NCBI GenBank assembly: GCA_012295275.1
Contig: CM022671.1
Coordinates: 8,370,001-8,434,000 of the forward strand
Origin: Chrysomallon squamiferum
Lineage: Eukaryota; Animalia; Mollusca
Length of the DNA: 64,000 nucleotides
Reading direction: 5' to 3'
Shown here: positions 51,931 to 64,000 of the stretch, one piece after another
Numbering within the stretch: position 1 is the first letter of the stretch
Layout: the number at the start of each line of letters is the position of its first letter
Notes under the pieces: model-generated
Database searches by the model: none
Told to the model about the DNA's origin: nothing
Seen by the model: the letters and a program-made list of their open reading frames with translations, nothing else
Program-made: the position numbers and the translations under genes

Positions 51931-53836
51931 ACCACACAGATACTGATACAAATTTAGTAGTGAAGTCATGATGTCGGTCATTAAAGGGAATCTAAGACAG
52001 ATCTAATCTTCCCCCATTGTGTGTGTCTTATCTCAGCCAGAGCCAATTACATGGTAAATCATATTTACATTGTGTGGACAAGCTCTGGCTTTACTGGCAG
52101 TGAACAAACACCTGACAACACCTGACAACTGCAACACAGAGTTGATTCACCTGACATAAGTGTGCAAAAACAAAAGACTTTTGATTATGAATTTGTTTTT
52201 GAATTACAACCGTCGACAACAAAATGAATACATTTTTCGAATAAGAAGATTCTGTGTAAAATAAAAATAGAAAATAAGAATATTAAAATATTTTGAAATC
52301 AACAAAAGTTTCAGAATAAAATCTAATTTCTTTGGAAAAGAAGGATTACTAGATTACTGAAAAAAAAAAAATAATTATTATTTTGGTTCTAATTGTTATT
52401 TTTAAATTAAAAAAAATGGCCACCAAACAATTTCAGCAAAACAAACAGAAAATAATTAATAAAAATGAACTTTATTTAATACTAGTGAAAAAAGGAAAAG
52501 GAAAGAAAATAAATTATATTTCAGTGAAAAAACATTTGGTACAATTTTTCAGTGGCACAGTTTGTTAAGGATATCTGTAACAGCTGTTTCACATTTATCA
52601 GATTAAGAAAGAAAAGTGCATAGATTTTTAATAAATATTTTCTTATAAAAAAACATCAACAAAAAACTCAAGAAAACAATAAGCAAATAAATAAATAAAT
52701 AAATAAATAAATAAGTAAATAACAGTGGTAGTACTAAGTAGTAGTTCTAGTAATAGTGTAGGACAGTAATAGTAATTGTAGTAGTAGTTATAGTAGTAAT
52801 AGTAATAATAATAATAGTAATAAGAATAACAATAATAAAAGTAACAATAACAATAACAACAACAATAATAACAGTAACAATAATAATACATAATCAAATA
52901 AAAAAACTTGTTATATTCTGCTAATTACAACATCTGTGAGTTGATCTAATTACACATCATGTTTTCTTACATTAGTCATTTCTGTGCTGAGAAAACCAAC
53001 ATCAACAAAACATGAGCCAAGAAAGCCTGGACTCAATACTAAAACCTTCCACATGTCACAAACAAATTCAGCCAAGTCTCTCCTACACTGTTCACATCTT
53101 ACCTCTGTCTGGACAGTGTTTCAAGAAGCTGCTAATTAAAGTATACCTCTACAAGATGTTTATTGTTCAGTTATTTTCTAAATGTTCAAGAATCACTGCT
53201 AGCTATGTTAAACTGTGTAATTGCTGACAGCTTCATTTACTGTAATATACACCTTTTCCCCACAGGTAATTAGGAAAAGATAATGATCATGAAATTAGGT
53301 ACCAGAAAGGTTCTCAAGATATCTCTCAATAAACTAAGAGAACATTATGTTGTCATGGAAGTGACATATACTTAATATGTAATAGAAGTTAATTATTTTT
53401 TATTTACAAAATAAATATAAGTATTTTTAAAATTTAAGTGTTTACTTTGTTGCTGATTATAATTTATTTCAGTGTTAAATTAAATTTGTGTACATTAACA
53501 CAACACATATATTTTCATTTGGTATCTGAGAAAGAAAAAAATGTGTAACATAATATATTAAATCAGTGTAGTGGTCATTCACTCATGAAAAGGACAAATT
53601 TTGATAGAAATATATAAATATATCTATGAAGAAAGAAACATACACATACACATATACATATACACAGACATACACACATTAACTAATACATCTTTATATT
53701 GCAGATACACTGTTTGGCAATTTGATATTTATGCAAAGAGAAACATAACACCATCACACACACTCATGCACACACACACCTGTATATATACTTATATACA
53801 AAAGCACACACACCTGCATACAAACTTATATACAAT

Positions 53837-53873
<37 letters not shown>

Positions 53874-54384
53874 CACACAACACACACACACACACACACA
53901 CAAAACACACGCACACACACATACCAAAGGCTTGTCACTCAAACAAGATCTCAAAAGATAAAAAAAAAAGTATAAAAAAAATTCAATACATCTGAAGATA
54001 CACACTTATGGTGGTCCTAATAGTTATTACCCAAGTTAGATGTTTTTTTTATTACTCCGGCTCTCTCCGTGTATCGCATTCACCTGTATGATTTATAGTC
54101 TCAGTTAACATCAAACGGGTCTGACAGAGCCTTTGTTAACAAATATACAAGTTAATAGGGTTAAACTTTCTGGTCATATGGATCTCTATATTCCCCCGTG
54201 CACACTGCCATACACCATCAAAATACTTATATTCAGATTACACAGCTGTTCATTGTAGTCGGCAGCAAAGAGGTTAAATGTGTAACCTTTAAACATAATG
54301 GGTCTTTTGGAAGTGGATAAGAATATACAGAAATAAGAAACTCAAAACTGAAACTGGGTCTTGGATCAACAAGAGAGAGACACT

Positions 54385-54545
54385 TTGGACACAAGCTGGA
54401 CAATAAGACACAAAATGAATGCGCTGTTCTGAGTGAGCTATAAACATGATCTACCTATCAGTATGCATTGGACACAAGCTGGACAATAAGACACAAAATG
54501 AATGCGCTGTTCTGTGCCAGCTATGAACATGATCTACCTATCAGT
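54385..54545. repeat. 83-bp tandem duplication
   Basis: ttggacacaagctggacaataagacacaaaatgaatgcgctgttctg...catgatctacctatcagt starts at 54385 and again at 54468. Confidence 0.92.
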
Positions 54546-56062
54546 GGGCGATACCCTGCTTGGTGTAGCAGATTGTTTACAATTCAGTCTGTAAACAAAA
54601 TTAAACATAAGCATGTAGCTACTCCTGTCCTTTTGGATTGTTTAACATCTGAACTTGTAAATAAATGAAATGTTTATCACTGTCCTTTTTTAACAGTTGT
54701 TTGTTTATTATTAGAACATCCAGGTGGTTGTTTGTGTGTCTGTCTTTCTTAAATCAGATTAATAAAAGTTAACAGTACAGAGAGCTGTCAGTATATTTCA
54801 GTAGTTCAGTCATGAAATGGGTAATGTAATTTATTTTTGTTAATAGATTCTTTTCAGAGGTGATAATAAATGCAGTCACAGCTGTACTGTAAATTGAAAA
54901 CAAATAAATAAACAATAAATACAAAACCAAACAACAATGCACAGGAACCTACACAGACACATATACACACAGACATACAAAAAAAAAAAAAATAGTAATA
55001 TATAAATAAATAAATAATTCAAGAAAAAAAAAGACTTGGTAGCAGTTCAGAAGAAAAGAATGAATAATTTTGCAACTATCATCAAGAAAAAAAAAATTAA
55101 AAACACAAAATCCTTATTGTGATTATACTTTACTACAGAATTCAGCAAAAAATTCACATATTGGTTAAAGCAACCTATTGCTAAGCACAAAACAATGGTT
55201 GTCACAAGACTTTAATTTCAGAATTTAGTTAAAATTTTATATTTTGGTGAAAGTAATTTGTTATTAAGTACAAATTTCAGCAACAACTTGAAATTAGTCC
55301 AAAGCAGACTGTTGTTATTCATCAAACAACAATTATGTCTTGATACATTAGTTTAAAACAGAGTGTTGCTCAATGAACGATATAGAGTGGACATCATACT
55401 CAGAACTATCATCAAGAACAATGTCAGGATTAATGTACATTACAGGTTTAGATAAGTTTTAAAAAAACAAAAAAGATAAAAAGAAGAAGAAAAAAGATTC
55501 CATATACTGTAGTTTAGTCTTTTCAAGCTAACTCTTGATAGAACCATATTGCTAACTTAAAGATGTTTGAGAAAAATTAAGGAAAAAAAAATTCATACAG
55601 AGTTGCTTGTGTGTTTCAAATTAACTCTTGGTAGGAGTTTATTGCAGGATTAGAGAGATTTTCAATACTGATGGATTGTTTCAAATGAACTTTTGATTTG
55701 GGCTTTTTATTATATGTAATTTCATATTCACCTTCCGGAAGACCTTTGGTGTAAACGTCTTGGTGTAACTTCTGTACCGCACTCACTGCTGCCTCAGTCT
55801 GTGAAATGTGAGTTTACGTGATATGTCAGTGATCTGAGTAAGTGAAATTTGAGTAATGTGAGTATTATTCTGAGTGATATCCCTGACAAGATGTCTTTCG
55901 CACACTCCACTGCAGGTTGTTTTAATCAGCTGGGAAGTGAAGAAAAATTATTTAAAAGTAAAATAAGAATCCACCTAGGTTAAGACCCACTGATCTGCAG
56001 AAGCTAAAACTGATACTGAATTAAAATGTCAGGATAATTTAATTTTTTAACATGTGCATCCT

Positions 56063-56124
<62 letters not shown>

Positions 56125-56339
56125 TGTATGAGTGTGTGTGTTTTCATTCATTTTCATTGTTGTTTTTTCACTCCTTTTTTATTATTTATTTATTTTTCAA
56201 GTTAAATTCCATTTCAGTCATTTATGTATTTACTTTTTATTATATCAACACTTGCACTTTGAAAAACCAATACACTATAACTGTATCTTATTACTGTAAG
56301 AAAACATGACTGTGTTATACTGAATAAAGCCTAGTGAAG

Positions 56340-56645
56340 TACATGTATGCATTTATATGTATGTTTGTATGTATGTATGTCTGTATGTGTTCATGATTTG
56401 TGTATTCATGCATGTATGTATTCATGTATGTATGTATGTGTGTATTCATGTATGTATGTATGTATATATATGTATACATGTATCTATGTATATAAGTATG
56501 TATGTACATATGTACATTTGTATTATGTATGTATGTATGTACGTATGTATGTATGTATGTATGTATGAATGTATGTATGTATTCATGCATGTACATATGT
56601 AAATATGTATGTACATATGTATGTACGTATGTACGTATGTATGCA
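56340..56645. repeat. Degenerate (TATG)n tract
   Basis: Directly visible. Confidence 0.9.
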
Positions 56646-57906
56646 TTCACGAGTTCTTCATTTTTTTCATGTGTAACTGCAGACTGCACACAATGAGAAA
56701 GCAAACACTGTTGGAGATTGATACTGCTCTGTGGATTATTCAGTTCAGTTAACTAAATAACCGTGTACACACAAGTAAATGTTTAGTCAACATGTGTAGA
56801 CTCATTGCAGTCATTATACCAGTGGACCTTTTGTTTGCAGAACAGGACAAGCAAATAAAAAGAACCTCTGCTGCTAACAAATGGTATTCAAGCCACATTA
56901 ATGCTGAGCCTGCAAGCAAATAATTGAATAAGAATGGTCATGCATCATTCTAAAAGTACCTTTCCCTAATGCAAATGGCTGTTTGTGTATATTACCTCCA
57001 CCAGCTGTTTCAAAGGAATCATAGTGTGTTGTGGATTCATAAAGTCAAATGTGCCACATAATGAGAGCTATAACTTACAGCAAGTGTATGATAGAATCTA
57101 TAATACATGTTCCAGTGTCGATAATGAGAGCTAAACAATGGCTCAGTTTGAAAAGGGTTTGTCTAATGATTACTAAGAGTTCAGTATAGGAATGTTGTTA
57201 CTGCTACTCTTATTACTACTACTACTACTGCTGCTACTGCTACTATTTCTAGTATTTCTTCTACCTTTATTATCATTATTATGAATTTTGTTATTATTAT
57301 TAATAGTAGTAGAAGTAGTATTGTTGTTGTTGCTGCTGTTGCTGTTGCTGCTGTTGTTGTAATAATAAAAATTATTATTTTTATGATGCTTTTTCAGGTA
57401 TTTTGCTTTACTTGTGTAACAATATTTTGTATAAAATATATTAAGAGTCACATTCTAGATAAAATACTTATATACCAGAGTATAAAAAATAAATAATAAA
57501 GACAATAATAATAATAATAATAATAACAATAATAATAAATGAAATACAAATATATTTCTTGAAAGTATAGTAAAAACCAAAACTTAAATGTGTACCACTG
57601 TTTTGTTTCTTCATCAGATCACTGATTTTCTTTAAATGAATTACACAGGCTTTCCGATAGTTTTATTAATGTATTAGACATTACTGGAACAGGAAATCAA
57701 TGCATATCTGTATTAAATTTGAATTAAGAAGATACTCTGAATAAATGATGTTAATTTTGTCAGTCAAACTGTGAAGTCTTCTTTTCATTATTCAGAACAC
57801 TGGTAAACATCCCTTTTTAAGCAATGAAACAAACAATGAAAGCCAGAGAATGAATTATTATTATTATAAGCTGTGTATGAGTGTGTAAAACAATGGTTTC
57901 ACTTAC

Positions 57907-58943
57907 CACTACGACAGTTGGCTTTTCATCTGGCTTCTTTGGAGGGAGTGAACGCCATCGTCGAACACCACCACCACCACCTTTTGGTCCACTTTTATCA
58001 TCGTTTGCAGAGAACTGCAACCTCAGTCTGCTGACCATGGACAGAGGCCGACTGTCTTCCTGTCTGTCCTCGACTCTGTCCTCAGTGACCTCAGGAATTT
58101 CCCTGATGTCAGGAAACACGTTAGTTGTGGCTCTTCTGATTCTGGTCACTCTTGGTGCTGTCTGCCTCCTTGGTACATCTTCAGCAGCGTCATCATTATT
58201 ACCAGACTCAGTCTGAGGGACAGACAAGAGGTTCAGTTGTGAAATGCCTGCTGATGATGATCCATTCTGTGGTTCACGCAGTGTGGATAAATGCTCTGTT
58301 TTGTCACCGACCCTCTCGTTCATAGAACTGTGGGACAGAGAGTCTGCTGCAAGGTGGTTTAAGGCTGCAAGGTGGGTTGAGGCTGCAAGGTGGGTTGAGG
58401 CTGCAAGGTGGGTTGAGGCTGCACTCTGGTCAGTCACACCTGTAACACGCAAGGATGCTGAGGTAGATGGGTTGTTATGGTTATTCAGTGTGGCAAGAAA
58501 AACGTTTGAGGTAGATTTACTGTTATTACTGGTACTGCTGCTGAAGGACGAGGTAGCTGGTGAAGTGGACTCTCTGCTTCTTCCATCTGTCGCCACCATC
58601 CTGTCAGGTTCTGGACTAACCAGCTTGGCCTGGATGAGATTTCCAATGATGCCTGCAGGAGAAAAACGAGTCCTCCTGGGATGATGGATCAGGTTTGGGA
58701 GTGGTGACTGTGGTTCTGACTGGGGGGCTGGGGTGGAGTAGGTCCTCGTCAGAGATTTGCCTGAAGGTGGTTTCACATCCTCTGACTTTCTTGTGATGGG
58801 AACGTATGGGCGTGTCTGGGTGAGAGGGGTGGAGCGAGTCCTGGTGAGGTAATAACCAGTTCGTTTGCTGGGTGAGTCCACTGTGTCTGTGGTGAGTCTC
58901 AGGGTGGGACGGTCTTTGTGGGAGGTAGACGAAATTTCTCTGT
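57907..58943 (-). CDS. Large low-complexity/disordered exon, probably of the long isoform of the same gene
   Basis: tttgtAG acceptor, GTG|GTAAGT donor; 1037 nt open frame, phase 1 to 0, Ser/Thr/Pro/Arg-rich (ORF 57817-58881). Its end phase fits exon 34090-33983. Confidence 0.85.
58351..58422 (-). repeat. Coding 18-bp repeat, 4 copies (AASTHL)
   Basis: GCAGCCTCAACCCACCTT three times plus one variant (AALNHL). Confidence 0.93.
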
Positions 58944-59387
58944 CTACAAATATTTGGATGAAAAAAAACTTGATTTGGGTTTTTTCTTAATTGTCTTGTT
59001 AAAATGAATAACATTAATATTTATATTATTATTATGATATATATATATTTTTAATTATAATTACTATTATTATTACTGTTATTATATATTTATATATATA
59101 TATATATATATAAATATTCTTTTTATGTTAACAAAAAAAATAAAAAATAATAATAAAAATTATCTAAAGCTATTTCTTTCTTTAAAATGAAAATTTTATA
59201 AAATTCAGTGATTATTCCTGAAAAAAACAAAACAAAATTAAAACAAAAGTTATATCTAAGCATTAGAATCTTTCAGAATTTTGCATCTCAGCTGAAAGAT
59301 TAATACCAACACATATACATTTCATCAGGTTAAAAAAGTTTTCTAACATTTCAACACAAAAACATTTTTGTAAATTGCTAAACTTAC

Positions 59388-59990
59388 CTGCAACAGTAAG
59401 ATCAGCACTAGTCACAGATTCACTTCCACTAGTCACAGGGAGATTACTGCTTGTCACAGACTCACTTCCGCTAGTCACAGAGAGATTACTGCTTGTCACA
59501 GACTCACTTCCACTAGTCAGAGAGAGATTACTGCTTGTCACAGACTCACTTCTGCTGGTCACAGAGAGATTACTGCTTGTCACAGACTCACTTCCGCTGG
59601 TCACAGAGAGATTACTGCTTGTCACAGACTCACTTCCGCTGGTCACAGAGAGATTACTACTTGTCACAGACTCACTTCCACTGGTCACAGAGAGATTACT
59701 GCTTGTCACAGTGAGACTGCCACTGGTCACTGTTTCACCAAGGCTGTTGCTGGCGACACATTCATAGAGTCCAGAATCCTGTTCACGTGCTTCTTCAATT
59801 TTCAGCATTGCAACAGTTCCAGCATACGATTGCACAAAATCTTTTGTCTGCCCTATAATCATTCCATTCTTCCTCCAGCAGACTGATGGGGTTGGAGTTC
59901 CCTCAATCTGACACTCCAGAACAGCAGTTTCTCCTGGTCCGAATGTGACATCTTTCAGAGGGACAGTCACTACTGGTCTTTTCTGTGATG
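59388..59990 (-). CDS. Ig I-set domain exon with Ser/Thr-rich tandem repeat
   Basis: tttttcAG ... G|GTAAGT; 603 nt, symmetric phase 1. PVVTVPLKDV..GETAVLECQIEGTPTPSVCWRKNG...DSGLYECVASNSLGETVTSGSLTV is a canonical muscle-type I-set domain (Cys, Trp, DxGxYxC). Confidence 0.92.
59416..59709 (-). repeat. Coding 42-bp minisatellite, 7 copies (VTSSNLSVTSGSES)
   Basis: Unit gtcacagactcacttccgctggtcacagagagattactgctt repeated 7 times with few substitutions. Confidence 0.95.
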
Positions 59991-61370
59991 CTGAAAAATA
60001 AACAAAAGTTTTTTTTTTCTCTCTTTGTATGCTTTGGTTATTGGACAGGATGATAAAGGTTGTTCTGTGTGTATGTAAAATGAGATTCAAGTGTGTTATA
60101 TAGTGTGTTAGATATTTAATGTTTTCAAATTAATAATAATATTCAACTACAAAAGCCTGGATTAATTTATTTGTGCTTGACTTTTTCTTATTTTGACAAT
60201 GTTAGATCTGATATACATGAGAAGTAAACTGAATTACACAATTTTAGAATTTCCATGTCCAAAAAATGTTGAAAATTTTAAATATTACTTAAAATACCCT
60301 TCCCTAGAAAAAACCCAAAGACAAACTAGTAAATAAAAACAAAACAAAGTCAACATAAAAAATTATTACAAAACAAAAATGTCCTCACAACTGGTACAAA
60401 TGCATGAACGAACAAAAAAAAAGAAACCCAACTACAACAACAACAACAAAAAAGTACTTGAATATATGCCTGAATGATAATAAAATAAAAGTAATAAATT
60501 TAGAGCTATAAATATTAAATTTAAAAAATGAATATGTACTCAAATAACATGAAAACTTAATTCTTGATTATAAAACAAATCCTAAATAAAAGACAACTCA
60601 GGAATATAAACTTGAATCACAATATAACAAAAACAATAAATTATGGGCTATAAATAACAAATTTAAAAGCAATTAAAATGAAAAACAAATAACACAGGTA
60701 CTCAGAAAAAGTCCAGGTGAAAAAAGAACTGAGTAAATGTTAATGGCAACTCTGTGTCAGTTTACAAAACTAATTAGTGCTTTCTCTGCACCCCTGTGAT
60801 CACCATAGTGACAAATGTATCAGGTACACGCTACACAAGATCTGAAGAAAAAGAAAAAAACAAATTATCTGGACCTCAAGGACACGGAATAATGACCATG
60901 ATTAGCAGGATAACCTGACCAAAATGATAACGTCCACCTCGCAGGTAAAGGTATCAACAGTGATACCTGTCCAATTAAGTATAACAAACACCAGGTGTGT
61001 ACATTACCCACAGGTAACCAGACAGGATGTTTCAACTGTCAGACGCTAAGCTGTCTTGATATAAACGATGTGAATGTAAATTGTCTACACCATGCATGAG
61101 GAATCTTTAATGAAGTTATGTGTGTCGAGTGATTAGGTGGTTTCTTTTGTGTGTTTTTTTTAATTCATGTATTTTGTGAAAATCTGTTTGTATGACTGAA
61201 GGTAGTGTTGCATAGGTGACTTCAAAATTTAATTAAATTTGTAATGCTACCTACTTTTTAAAAAATAATTATGTTTTGTTAATAATAATAATAATAAAAA
61301 ATTCATGCCAAAACATCAGTCAGAAATATCCTAATCCAAAAGTCCCTGGGCCAAAATTTCTTCTCACCAC

Positions 61371-61478
61371 ATACATACACAGACACAGACACAGACACAC
61401 ACACAGACATACACACAGACACAGTCACACACACACACACACACACACAGACACACACACAGACACAGACACACACAG

Positions 61479-61552
<74 letters not shown>

Positions 61553-61553
61553 A

Positions 61554-61594
<41 letters not shown>

Positions 61595-61689
61595 ACACAC
61601 ACACACACACACAGACACAGTCACACACGGACACAGTCACACACACACACACACACAGACACACAGAGACAGACACACACACACACACA
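61371..61689. repeat. Long (CA)n/(CAGA)n compound microsatellite
   Basis: Directly visible. Confidence 0.97.
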
Positions 61690-62732
61690 TTTAAAACACT
61701 ATGGCATGTAATTATGGCATATAATTAGCAGCTGACACGCACAGCATAGTTCAAATATCTGAAACATTTGTGATCTTTGAAGAGAAATGGTTTGCAGTGA
61801 TGGTTTTGACAATGAAAATGTCACCAATGTCACAAATGACATACATGTTAACTCACTCATTCTTCAAAGACAGCTTAAATGTCAAACAATGTGCTGTGCT
61901 AAACAGGTCTAATGATTTATTATTCTGAAATTAAAATTAGACAAGATTTGTTATTTAGTAATTGCCTTTATTTGTTTTTATTTTACCTTTATTATTATTA
62001 TTCTATTTTTACTGGAATACATTATTTATCTTTCAGTCTGACCATCCATCCATTCATCTGTTTATTTATTTATTTATTCTTTGTAGTTGTTTTTTTTGTC
62101 TTTAAAGTAACCTCGACACAAATAACACTGTTTCAGAAAAGTAAATTTGCAAGCACTGGGTATAATAATTAACATATTCAGAAACAGTGCTTTAAAACAT
62201 ACTAATATAAATAACCTAAATACATTTTGTATACTGGTTACTTTATTTTTTTAGAGACAAAAAACTAATTTTAAAATCTGACAGTAATATATTATCATCA
62301 GTATTATTACAATTCCACAGTCACGAGAAAAAGGAACAAATCAACTTTCATTGGCTACCTCAGACTTTTTATTATACAATACTTGATTAACAGAAAAATA
62401 AAGGAAAAATAAAAAAGGACTATAAAAAGATACCAACACCAGCTGAATTACAAGAAATACATTAAAAAAGTTTCACATGTTAACATTAGCTAAGATTAAA
62501 TAATATATCTACAATAATGAAACAAAACGTTATTTGTGTCAAAAACGTACAGGAGAGAACAGAAGTAAATATTAACCAGTCAGTTTACTGCTAAACAAAG
62601 TGGAAGCAAGATATAATCAATACAGAGCCAGTGAAATGTCATATTTGCTGTTATCCAACAGACAGGTAGATGAAAGATAAACTGTTGTGTTGACTAACTC
62701 TGTATACGTCTGAATGTAAAAACATAACGAAC

Positions 62733-62796
62733 CTTTATCTGCAGTGGCGAGAGTTATCTCAACTTTGCTCTGAACCATTTCTTTGTTTTCTTCTGC
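62733..62796 (-). CDS. Upstream exon of the same minus-strand gene (gene continues past the window)
   Basis: tttctgcAG ... AAG|GTTCGT; 64 nt, phase 0 to 1, compatible with the Ig exon; AEENKEMVQSKVEITLATADK. Confidence 0.65.
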
Positions 62797-64000
62797 CTGC
62801 AGAAACAAAAACAACAAAATTGTTTGTGTCAATAACCTGAGAAAGTATGTCAATTTATGTAGGTTAAACGTTAATGAAAACCTTTAACAGAAACTTCAAT
62901 AGTTCTAATGATTTCTGTAAAAATTGATAATGTCAACAACATTTTGCATTTCAAAGTATGCTATTAGAAAATTACATTATTATATGCATAGAATAATAGT
63001 AATAACAACAACAACAACATCATTATTGTAGTTATTATTATTATTTATATGTAATGCATATTATTAATATACTGTTGCACTTTATCAGCATAAATTCATC
63101 AACATTGTAATACATTACCAACAAAATTAAAAACACTGTAATATGCTGTCCAGTTTTTAATGTGTATAATAAAAACATTATCATATATGTACATGAACAA
63201 ACAGGCAGCAAGTTGAACAAAGCTTCAACTAACACAAGATAAGATCAAGTTTGTTCCTGCCTGCCTGTCCTTTTGTTCTTGTTTCAAGTATCCTCATTAG
63301 ATTAGCTGTGATTAAAACATGTTTTCCTTGTATTCAGATCACCAAACCCAGTTTACATTAAATCACTAAACAGGTAATCTACAGAAATACCTACCAGGTG
63401 ACTATTGCAAATGTTACTACAAAAAAAACTTCTTATATCCATATACCAGCTAATAAAAGAAAATACAATCTATCCTCATTAAGAAAACTGTTTATTAAAT
63501 TATCCATTACTGTTAAAGTAGCTCAGGTTTCTTACTGTTTTTTTTCTTTCTTTTGTTCTTAAATAAACCTTTTTTTTTTAACAAATCACATTGCAGCAAA
63601 CCTTTATTTCAGAGAAATCCATAACAAATTATTTTAATTCTCAAGTTAAACAGTTCTCAGTTTCACCACAGTGAACCCAGTTATACAAATGTCAGAAATG
63701 TACTTAACACAATATTTAATTTAAATATGAAACAAGTAAGTAAGTGACCAAGGAAATTGGTGAGTTTAAAAGAAAAATAATTAGGAACGGTCAGGAAATC
63801 CCACACAGTACTTTGTTTGACAACAATTAGTGGGTTGTTTTTTCTTTTCTAGGTGATCTTGTTTATAATGTTAAAAACTGCAGAAAATCTGTAAATGGTT
63901 CTTTTACTTTCTTTCCTATTTTCCTGTTATTATTAATTTATGTTTAAAAAGAAAAGAGTAACAAACAATGAGATAAAGTATTTAACCATGGCTTATAATG

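Noticed and set aside
59416-59709. Regular repeat array as a possible CRISPR
   Set aside because: No unique spacers, eukaryotic context, and the array is in-frame coding sequence.
57881-59767. Plus-strand ORFs 57881-58216, 58244-58684 and 59375-59767
   Set aside because: Antisense shadows of the real minus-strand exons and their in-frame repeats.

Overview
AT-rich, microsatellite-dense animal genomic DNA; the repeat content suggests an invertebrate, possibly a gastropod mollusc (inference). It holds two convergent spliced genes. (1) A complete RPL29 gene on + (5'TOP non-coding exon 1 at ~11.5 kb; CDS 12987-15323, 76 aa). (2) The 3' part of a large smoothelin-family gene on -, entering from beyond the right edge and ending at the stop 21613-21615, with the order Ig I-set domain, Ser/Thr repeat, long disordered exon, 23.8-kb intron, smoothelin motif/coiled coil, C-terminal calponin-homology (CH) domain. 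The most striking feature is a cluster of three paralogous, mutually exclusive exons (27338-27452, 25485-25569, 24706-24796) that swap the first helix of the CH domain, flanked by candidate docking/selector complementary sequences and Rbfox motifs. Four DNA transposon relics with termini and target-site duplications can be read directly: a pogo/Tigger-like MITE, a hAT-like MITE, a Sola2-like element, and a MULE inserted just behind an RPL29 splice donor. Most ORFs in the supplied track are microsatellite artefacts. All exon calls were made by eye from splice motifs, reading phase and recognised protein motifs; no database search was run.
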